Virus record (IMG/VR): IMGVR_UViG_2703718857_000003
Location: 1-21,487 of that record
Length of the DNA stretch: 21,487 bases
Direction: 5' to 3' (one strand)
From: a virus
Taxonomy: Duplodnaviria > Heunggongvirae > Uroviricota > Caudoviricetes
Below the pieces are notes generated by a model. It was given only the letters and a program-made list of their open reading frames with translations. It made no database searches and was not told where the DNA came from. Numbering within the stretch: position 1 is the stretch's first letter; each line of letters starts with the position of its first letter. Below are positions 8,419 to 15,609 of the stretch, piece by piece. A program made the translations under genes and the position numbers.

Positions 8419-9656
8419 ATGACCATCACCACAGACACCACTCTTTTACACGACCCGCGTCGTCAGGCGGCGCTGCTGTACTGGCAGGGGTTTTCCGTGC
8501 CGCAGATTGCCGCCATGTTGCAGATGAAACGCCCGACAGTGCAGAGCTGGAAACAGCGCGACGGCTGGGACAGCGTTGCCCCCATCAGCCGTGTCGAAAT
8601 GAGTCTGGAAGCGCGGCTGACCCAGCTCATCATCAAACCACAGAAAACCGGCGGTGACTTCAAGGAAATTGACCTGCTGGGACGCCAGATTGAACGACTG
8701 GCACGGGTCAACCGCTACAGCCAGACCGGCAACGAGGCAGACCTTAATCCGAACGTCGCTACCCGTTCTGGTCGGGTGAACTGTTCAACCGGGGACGCGC
8801 CAGCGCCGCCGAACGCGTGGAAATCGACGTCAGTCATAACGCACTTGCCGGAGGTCTTCTCTGTGCGGACGGCCAGTGGCGGCAGATTGTCACCATTGAG
8901 GACGCCCTGAAAGGTGGCTGCACGCTGTTCGACATTGAGCAGCTTAAACGCGAAAACAGCGCCGACGATTTTAAAAACCTGTTCATGTGTGAATTTGTTG
9001 ACGACAAGGCGTCGGTGTTCCCGTTCGAGGAGCTGCAACGCTGCATGGTCGACACGCTGGAAGAATGGGAAGACTATGCGCCGTTTGCCGCCAATCCGTT
9101 CGGCTCACGTCCGGTATGGATTGGTTACGACCCGTCACACCGTGGCGACAGTGCCGGATGCGTGGTGCTGGCACCGCCGGTGGTGGCCGGTGGCAAATTC
9201 AGAATACTTGAGCGTCACCAGTGGAAAGGCATGGACTTTGCCACCCAGGCTGAATCCATCCGCGAACTCACCGAAAAATACAACGTCGAATACATCGGTA
9301 TTGATGCCACCGGCCTCGGTGTCGGCGTGTTCCAGCTCGTGCGCTCGTTCTATCCCGCCGCGCGCGATATCCGCTACACGCCGGAAATGAAAACCGCAAT
9401 GGTGCTCAAGGCAAAAGACGTTATTCGCCGTGGCTGTCTGGAATATGACGTCAGCGCCACCGACATCACCAGCTCGTTTATGGCTATCCGCAAGACCATG
9501 ACCAGCAGCGGACGCAGCGCCACCTATGAGGCCAGCCGCAGCGAGGAAGCCAGCCACGCCGACCTCGCCTGGGCGACCATGCACGCCCTGTTAAATGAGC
9601 CACTCACCGCGGGTATCAGCACTCCGCTGACATCCACCATTCTGGAGTTTTACTGA
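8419..9656 (+). pseudogene. P: Large terminase (ATPase) subunit P, internally deleted and frameshifted
   Basis: The N-terminal part (MTITTDTTLLHDPRRQAALLYWQGF...NPNVA) is in one frame and the C-terminal RNaseH-like nuclease part (YPFWSGELF...VWIGYDPSH...IGIDATGLG...HADLAWA) is in another; the frames overlap between 8658 and 8910. The total span is ~412 codons versus ~590 for P2 gpP, and no Walker A/B ATPase segment is present. Confidence 0.7.
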
Positions 9657-10684
9657 TGAGCAAGAAAAAAGGGAAAACACCGCGACTAGCGGCAAAAAAA
9701 ATGACCGCCAGCGCCCCGAAAATGGAGGCATTCACCTTTGGTGAACCGGTGCCGGTACTCGACCGCCGTGACATTCTGGATTACGTCGAGTGCATCAGTA
9801 ACGGCAGATGGTATGAGCCACCGGTCAGCTTTACCGGTCTGGCAAAAAGCCTGCGTGCTGCCGTACATCACAGCTCACCGATTTACGTCAAACGTAATAT
9901 TCTGGCTTCAACGTTTATTCCGCACCCGTGGCTTTCCCAGCAGGATTTCAGCCGCTTTGTGCTGGATTTTCTGGTGTTCGGCAATGCGTTTCTGGAAAAG
10001 CGTTACAGCACCACCGGTAAGGTCATCAGACTGGAAACCTCACCGGCAAAATATACCCGCCGTGGGGTGGAAGAGGATGTTTACTGGTGGGTGCCGTCCT
10101 TCAACGAACCGACAGCCTTCGCGCCCGGCTCCGTATTTCACCTGCTGGAGCCGGATATCAATCAGGAGCTGTACGGCCTGCCGGAATATCTCAGCGCCCT
10201 TAACTCTGCCTGGCTGAATGAGTCGGCCACGCTGTTCCGCCGCAAGTATTATGAAAACGGCGCACATGCCGGATACATCATGTACGTCACCGATGCCGTG
10301 CAGGACCGCAACGATATCGAAATGCTTCGCGAAAACATGGTTAAGTCGAAAGGCCGCAATAACTTTAAAAATCTGTTTCTCTATGCCCCACAGGGGAAAG
10401 CCGACGGCATTAAAATTATCCCGCTCAGTGAAGTGGCAACGAAGGACGATTTTTTTAATATCAAAAAAGCCAGCGCCGCTGACCTGCTGGACGCGCACCG
10501 CATCCCCTTTCAGTTGATGGGGGGCAAGCCGGAGAACGTCGGGTCGCTGGGTGATATTGAGAAAGTGGCAAAGGTCTTTGTCCGCAATGAGCTTATCCCG
10601 TTACAGGACAGGATCCGCGAGATAAACGGCTGGCTCGGTCAGGAGGTCATCCGCTTTAAAGATTACAGTCTAGAATCTAATTAA
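9656..10684 (+). CDS. Q: Portal protein Q
   Basis: 342-aa ORF, close to the 344 aa of P2 gpQ; start overlaps the P stop (ATGA); synteny P-Q next to cos. Confidence 0.85.
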   Translation: MSKKKGKTPRLAAKKMTASAPKMEAFTFGEPVPVLDRRDILDYVECISNGRWYEPPVSFTGLAKSLRAAVHHSSPIYVKRNILASTFIPHPWLSQQDFSRFVLDFLVFGNAFLEKRYSTTGKVIRLETSPAKYTRRGVEEDVYWWVPSFNEPTAFAPGSVFHLLEPDINQELYGLPEYLSALNSAWLNESATLFRRKYYENGAHAGYIMYVTDAVQDRNDIEMLRENMVKSKGRNNFKNLFLYAPQGKADGIKIIPLSEVATKDDFFNIKKASAADLLDAHRIPFQLMGGKPENVGSLGDIEKVAKVFVRNELIPLQDRIREINGWLGQEVIRFKDYSLESN

Positions 10685-10694
10685 GTACCCTTAG

Positions 10695-10712
10695 CGCCGT
10701 CTCCAGACGGCG
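10695..10712. terminator. Bidirectional hairpin between convergent Q and the cargo operon
   Basis: Perfect 7-bp GC-rich stem CGCCGTC/GACGGCG with loop TCCA, 11 nt after the Q stop and between the two convergent gene ends; followed by T-rich sequence on the plus strand. Confidence 0.45.
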
Positions 10713-10779
10713 TGATTCTATGCAATCCAGGCAAGATTAACCCCCAACACCTTCAATTACTATATGGTTTAATAGAAAT

Positions 10780-11469
10780 TCAATCTTTAACTTCAATATA
10801 TGAAGAAGAAAACCATATAGATTTTTTCCCATTTATGTATTTAGAAACAGGCGAGCCATCTTCGTTCATTGCCTCAGCACTAAATGTTACATAATACATT
10901 CCTTTTTCTTTTGTCGAAACAAGATAGTTCAAGCGTCTTTCGGCAGAGATAGGAACGGATATATCATATAAAGGTATATTTTTAGCTTTTCCTTGCGAGC
11001 TACTTTCTTCATTAAGAACAGCCAACTCCTCATAATAATTTGGATAAAAAACTTCCGTAGCGACTTGCTTTGCACCGGCCGATAAAACACGACTAACAGC
11101 AAGGGACTTGTTATTAAGCTTCACATAAATTCGCTCATTACTGTTATTCCTAATAGTTACAATAGGCTTTATATAAAACACATCATCGATTTTAACAACA
11201 TTAACGTCAACATTAAAAAATGTCGATTCTGTATTTCTAATTCTATTTCTTAACTCTATAAGATCAGCTTCTGCCTTATCCCTTTGGTGCAAAACATCAA
11301 AAGTATATCCTCCCCACACAAGTGTCAAAACAGCGCACAATGACATCACGACGTTATTAAACTGATCGTGTGTTCTGTAAATATCTTTGAATTTTAAAAT
11401 TAATAATAGACATGCTATGAATAGCATGCCTATTATCAGCCAGTGTTCTTTTACAAATTCAAAGTTCAT
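10780..11469 (-). CDS. Uncharacterised membrane protein with two N-terminal TM helices and a beta-rich soluble C-terminal domain (cargo)
   Basis: 229-aa ORF; hydrophobic segments WLIIGMLFIACLLLIL and VVMSLCAVLTLVWGGYTF, then a Ser/Asn/Lys/Val/Tyr-rich soluble domain. AT-rich codon usage; start 2 nt after the stop of the upstream ORF. No family recognised by eye. Confidence 0.6.
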   Translation of the reverse strand: MNFEFVKEHWLIIGMLFIACLLLILKFKDIYRTHDQFNNVVMSLCAVLTLVWGGYTFDVLHQRDKAEADLIELRNRIRNTESTFFNVDVNVVKIDDVFYIKPIVTIRNNSNERIYVKLNNKSLAVSRVLSAGAKQVATEVFYPNYYEELAVLNEESSSQGKAKNIPLYDISVPISAERRLNYLVSTKEKGMYYVTFSAEAMNEDGSPVSKYINGKKSIWFSSSYIEVKD

Positions 11470-11471
11470 AG

Positions 11472-12554
11472 TTAGTCACTCGCATGCCTCGCATCACCAT
11501 CTTCAGGGAAATTGATCCCCTGTCCGATCTCACGGTTCGTTGGACGAGCAGAAACAAAGCCTCTATTTTGTCTTTTTAAACGCAACTCTAGAACTTGAGA
11601 AACTCTATCAAAGTTTAATCCATCCATTGCAACCTCTTTTTTCCCTTCAATATGAGATCGAAGTTCCTCACTTATACGATTATCAACCGTTGAAGCGAAG
11701 GCTACATCATGATTAAAAATGGCCCCCATAATTAACATAAACGCAATTCCGGCCTTTCTATTATTTGTTTTAAATTGTAGCCAAACATCCCCCGGAGACA
11801 TCAACATTTGTTGAGCAGTCAAGGATAACTCTCCATTATTAGAAAGTCTTTCCATCTCAAACTGAACAACTTCGTTTGTATACTCGCCATCAAACTCTTC
11901 GCCAATTAATAGCGCAAGTACCTGCACTCTATCGACCAGCTCAGCCAGCTGCTTAAGAGTATGATGCCGAATGGCTTCTGCTTGCTCGACTCTTAAGCTA
12001 GTACAGAAAATATTATCCGTTATAAAGAATGACATTAACCAATGCAGTACTTCTTCTGACTTCCCGCCCAAAGAGAATACGGTCTGGTATGCAGTAAACG
12101 ATTTCTGAAGAGCTAATGGAATCTCTCGTCTGCGAACTGGCTCTCCCCATGTGACTCTACGTCTTACATGAAACCCTTCATTATTACCTAAACATTCACG
12201 CTCAAAATACGCGGAAGATGCAATAACTCCAGGAACAACCATATCACCTGACAAAGTGAAAACAACATCACCGACCTGCATATCTATGAGGAAATTTTCA
12301 ATTTGGGTATGAATATTTCTTGAACCAATAGTATCTAACCCATCAACCTTTTGATTAATATTTTCATGGTTAATTTCATCATTAAAGTCAATTTGATCTG
12401 GACTTAACCTATCCAAGTGAGCAGTAGCAACCATATTGCGTTCAAGGAAGTCTGCAAAATATCTATACTTAATCCCAGGTCTAACGACCCAACACTTTAC
12501 ATTTAAATCAACATGTTGTACTGAAATAGCTCTTTGTGATGAAGTTCCAAGCAT
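11472..12554 (-). CDS. Uncharacterised soluble protein, first gene of the two-gene cargo operon
   Basis: Long AT-rich ORF; 361 aa from the first ATG at 12554, or 366 aa from the TTG at 12572. No Walker, HNH, DxD-nucleotidyltransferase or other motif recognised by eye. Confidence 0.55.
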   Translation of the reverse strand: MLGTSSQRAISVQHVDLNVKCWVVRPGIKYRYFADFLERNMVATAHLDRLSPDQIDFNDEINHENINQKVDGLDTIGSRNIHTQIENFLIDMQVGDVVFTLSGDMVVPGVIASSAYFERECLGNNEGFHVRRRVTWGEPVRRREIPLALQKSFTAYQTVFSLGGKSEEVLHWLMSFFITDNIFCTSLRVEQAEAIRHHTLKQLAELVDRVQVLALLIGEEFDGEYTNEVVQFEMERLSNNGELSLTAQQMLMSPGDVWLQFKTNNRKAGIAFMLIMGAIFNHDVAFASTVDNRISEELRSHIEGKKEVAMDGLNFDRVSQVLELRLKRQNRGFVSARPTNREIGQGINFPEDGDARHASD

Positions 12555-12778
12555 AGCTGATCCATAATTCAAAAAATTTTACGCATTTTACATATTTTTA
12601 TTTAAGACTCTAGAGCGTTAGGAATGATGAATCGCTTCAACAGATTATTTTTTGTGCAGATAGTGTGCTTAAACCAACTCATCGTAACGAAAGCACTCGC
12701 CTGAATCGTAAAGATAACATCTCATGACTCGATTCATAGGCTAATAGTATTATGCAATGGTCGTTAATGGAGCGCGCA

Positions 12779-12797
12779 GTGCTTTCCCCGCCTCGCC
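12779..12797. other. cos site: 19-nt cohesive-end sequence GGCGAGGCGGGGAAAGCAC (read on minus strand)
   Basis: Exact match, on the minus strand, to the 19-nt cohesive-end sequence as I recall it for phage P2 (not verified against a database). Followed towards the Q side by TGCGCGCT and then AT-rich cargo. A GC hairpin plus T-run (12797-12820) abuts it on the A side. Confidence 0.6.
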
Positions 12798-12939
12798 CGC
12801 CCGCTTCGTGGGGCGGTTTTAATGCAGATGCATTATGAGCCCTGAGCTGCGCCTAACGTGACACAGTTCACGAGAAAAATAGGAATTATCAAATGCAATT
12901 TCATGCAGATAGAGAGGCATGAGATCCCGAAGCTTATAT

Positions 12940-14292
12940 TCAACCCTCTGCCGAAATATTTCTTTGGAGAAATGCTCTAATTTTTTGCCTGAAAGCCTCA
13001 CATTCATCAGGCTTTAACCTCTCAAGGTATTCAAAAATCCTAGTTTCATCCCAGCCGTTGTTATAGGTTTTCACTACCCCTCGATAAACTTGCTTATCAA
13101 GTTTATCGTTACCTCTAGTTGTAACTCTCGGGATCGATTCATCTTGGCCGTATGCTTGATAGAAATCCTTCTCAACGCTTTGGAAAGGTATGCATAAAAT
13201 ATTTTCACCTCGAGCATACCTTTGACCTAATTGATCTCCGTCTAACACTGAGATCACATTCTGTTGAGTCGTGAGAAAGCTCTCTCTCTCATTACGACGC
13301 ATTAAATCAATGACATTAGTTCCTCCACCAACATATATTATTTTATATTCGTAGAAGTAATCATTCCCAGGAGCATTAATTATATATTCTAAGAAATTTT
13401 GCAGAACTTCATCTTCAGTAAGAATGTACTTATCCCATCCTTTAAATCCAAAAAGCGTACTTTTTATATAATTATATGATCGATTTGTAATTGTAGTTCC
13501 AGCATCACCTTCGCACATATAGTACAATTCATCATCATTCAGCGTTTGCATTAAAGCAAGTGAATGTGTTGTGAATACAATATTCACCGAGTGTCTCTGA
13601 CAATATTTCCTTAGCACTGCTATAAGATGGACTTGCGCCGAAGAGTCTAGTGATATATCTATCTCATCTATGACAATGAATTTTCTTTTGAGCTCAATCA
13701 TTCTAAATAAATTCAAAATAAAATACTCACCCGAGCTAAAGTAATCCTCCCTTATGTATGTTCCGTTCTCATTCAATCTGAAATAGAAAATTTCATTTTT
13801 TACAGAAAATGCTTTAAGATTATTGTAAGAAGAAGACTGATATACCTCATTGAGTATATTTATCAAATCCTCGGGAACGCTATAGCTTTCAAACGCAATA
13901 CTTTTTCTAAGTTCAGTATCAATTTTACTAAGTGTTGGGAAGTTATTGAACCTCATTCCATGAGGAATGGGCAACTCGACATAAAGATTGGATTTTATAT
14001 CTGCTGGAATTATTTGCTTAGTATCTATTACCTTCAAATTCTCATCATAGACATATACTATATCTTGATCATTAATATTATATACTATACTACTGTCAGG
14101 ATTGAATATATATCTAGAAGATGTCTTTATGAATGTATCTGCTGATTGTAAATTTTTAATTGCTTTGATTAGCGTTGTCTTTCCAGCACCGTTCTTTCCT
14201 ACAATGCAAGTCAGTTTATTTTCAGAAAGATCAATAGCAAATGACATATGTTCAACATGCTGGATTTTCGAGATCTCAATATTTATTTTCAT
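12940..14292 (-). CDS. OLD-family ABC-type ATPase with C-terminal Toprim-like domain (retron-associated effector candidate)
   Basis: 450 aa; Walker A GKNGAGKTT near the N-terminus, Walker B FIVIDEIDISLD, H-loop-like VFTTHS; C-terminal ILTEDEV and VLDGDQLG resemble the Toprim Glu and DxD motifs. Start ATG is 1 nt after the RT stop, indicating translational coupling. Confidence 0.7.
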   Translation of the reverse strand: MKINIEISKIQHVEHMSFAIDLSENKLTCIVGKNGAGKTTLIKAIKNLQSADTFIKTSSRYIFNPDSSIVYNINDQDIVYVYDENLKVIDTKQIIPADIKSNLYVELPIPHGMRFNNFPTLSKIDTELRKSIAFESYSVPEDLINILNEVYQSSSYNNLKAFSVKNEIFYFRLNENGTYIREDYFSSGEYFILNLFRMIELKRKFIVIDEIDISLDSSAQVHLIAVLRKYCQRHSVNIVFTTHSLALMQTLNDDELYYMCEGDAGTTITNRSYNYIKSTLFGFKGWDKYILTEDEVLQNFLEYIINAPGNDYFYEYKIIYVGGGTNVIDLMRRNERESFLTTQQNVISVLDGDQLGQRYARGENILCIPFQSVEKDFYQAYGQDESIPRVTTRGNDKLDKQVYRGVVKTYNNGWDETRIFEYLERLKPDECEAFRQKIRAFLQRNISAEG

Positions 14293-14293
14293 T

Positions 14294-15283
14294 TTAATTT
14301 ACATTCTTGTAAAAAAGCATATCGACAATCGTATTTCCGTATTTTCTCTTTAGCTTATCGAGATAACTCTTATCAATTGTGTTTATATGATTCAAAAGAC
14401 CAGAAACTGTATTAACGCCCTTTTCCAAGATCTCACTATCATTCAATCCGCTAGTTTTAACCTTAGGATCTTTTATTATAGAATCTATAAATTTATCTTT
14501 ATCCGTTACATAAAAATGAATCAAATGCTCAAGCTTTCTTTTTATTTTAATATCAACAGAGACTATCTGAGACGGTAAAATAACCATCCCCAGCAGCTTA
14601 ATCTTACTGCCTTTTTTAATCAATTTAGTTTTTGCTGAGTTTAGTTTGAAATGTCCCTTCCCAAACTCACCCAGCAGGTCACTTACTACAGAATGAATAT
14701 TCTCAAAGCCCTCATCATTTTCAGAGGAAATAATAATATCATCTGAATAGCGTGTGAATATATATTCATGGTTAATACAATATTGCTGCATCTCAACATC
14801 AAAGTCATATAAACATGCATTGCTGAAAGCTGGTGATGTCGGGAACCCTACAGGCAACGAATTATCGATAATAATATAATCTAAAATTTTATCCAAGTGT
14901 ATATTTAAATCGGAAATGGGAACGTTCGATAAGTTATCAACTAAAACTGATCGTGCATATTCACGAGTTATCGATGGGAAAAAGCTTTTAATATCAGTAT
15001 TGAAGAATATCTTACTACAGGCGTGAAGTTTTACTGCATCATAAGTGCTGCTTCCTTTTCTATACGAAAACACAACATCCTTATTTACTTTCAAGTATGA
15101 AAGAACAAATTCATTTATGAATTTGTGATACTCTTTTAGTTTAGAAGTGGGCTCAGCAATTAACCTTTCATCAAAGGTTATAAATTTAGTTTGTTGAAAT
15201 GGTTCAAACGAAAGAAAGTTTTGAAAGGAATCTTTTTCGAAGAATGCAATATTGAAGGCTTTTTCGAGACTAAGGGGTTTCAT
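14294..15283 (-). CDS. Retron-type reverse transcriptase
   Basis: 329 aa with RT motifs in order: NTDIKSFFPSI (domain 2), LPVGFPTSPAFSNA (domain 4), FTRYSDDIIIS (YxDD catalytic box). Motif order and spacing parallel retron Ec86 RT as I recall it (NIDLEDFFPSL / LPQGAPSSPKLANL / YTRYADDLTLS); size is typical of retron RTs. Confidence 0.8.
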   Translation of the reverse strand: MKPLSLEKAFNIAFFEKDSFQNFLSFEPFQQTKFITFDERLIAEPTSKLKEYHKFINEFVLSYLKVNKDVVFSYRKGSSTYDAVKLHACSKIFFNTDIKSFFPSITREYARSVLVDNLSNVPISDLNIHLDKILDYIIIDNSLPVGFPTSPAFSNACLYDFDVEMQQYCINHEYIFTRYSDDIIISSENDEGFENIHSVVSDLLGEFGKGHFKLNSAKTKLIKKGSKIKLLGMVILPSQIVSVDIKIKRKLEHLIHFYVTDKDKFIDSIIKDPKVKTSGLNDSEILEKGVNTVSGLLNHINTIDKSYLDKLKRKYGNTIVDMLFYKNVN

Positions 15284-15289
15284 CGTTGG

Positions 15290-15440
15290 CTGAGCTTTTG
15301 TTTTTTGAGTTGAATGGATTCTAAGATGAATGCTTTAACTCTCAGTCTTTCCTCACCCCAGACACCCTCCCTTCGCAGGCTTTACTTCTTGTACATACCT
15401 TCTCTCGAAAGAGAAGGCAGTACAAGAGCAACACTATATA
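15290..15440 (-). ncRNA. Candidate retron msr/msd non-coding RNA region (boundaries uncertain)
   Basis: Non-coding stretch immediately upstream of the RT containing a long interrupted hairpin at 15387-15427 (8-bp stem TCTTGTAC/GTACAAGA, internal loop, 7-bp stem CCTTCTC/GAGAAGG, loop TCGAAA), as expected for an msd stem. I could not identify a1/a2 flanking repeats by eye. Confidence 0.3.
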
Positions 15441-15456
15441 AAGGCCTGTAGAGGCC
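15441..15456 (-). terminator. Possible intrinsic terminator downstream of A (minus strand)
   Basis: 5-bp GC stem GGCCT/AGGCC with loop GTAG, followed on the minus strand by TTTATATA. The stem is short, and it could instead be part of the ncRNA. Confidence 0.25.
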
Positions 15457-15609
15457 AACATTTATGACTGGAGATGCTCCTAGTCGTTGGCATAAAAACA
15501 CTTTAAACCAGATTATGAGCATTTACAACATTTCAAGCCGTCGAACGCAGCCCCAATCAGAAAAGAACTCACACGGCCATCATAACATCATGATTTAGAT
15601 GGATATAAA

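Noticed and set aside
8463-9584. Minus-strand ORFs (8463..8711, 8715..9038, 8834..9055, 8983..9174, 9135..9584) inside the P region
   Set aside because: Antisense to the recognisable terminase nuclease domain; no independent support. They do not replace the missing ATPase domain.
12797-12820. GC hairpin plus T-run next to cos, considered as terminator of the minus-strand retron operon
   Set aside because: The T-run follows the stem on the plus strand only; on the minus strand the A-run precedes the stem. So it is not a canonical terminator for the ATPase gene and is more likely a plus-strand or cos-associated structure.
12819-13007. 62-aa minus-strand ORF overlapping the 3' end of the OLD-like ATPase gene
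   Set aside because: Overlaps the end of a strongly supported gene in another frame and extends into the non-coding region near cos; no ribosome-binding site; likely spurious.
13960-14578. Short plus-strand ORFs (13960..14145, 14102..14353, 14387..14578) in the AT-rich cargo
   Set aside because: Ile/Tyr/Phe-rich frames that arise by chance in AT-rich DNA, antisense to the RT and ATPase genes.
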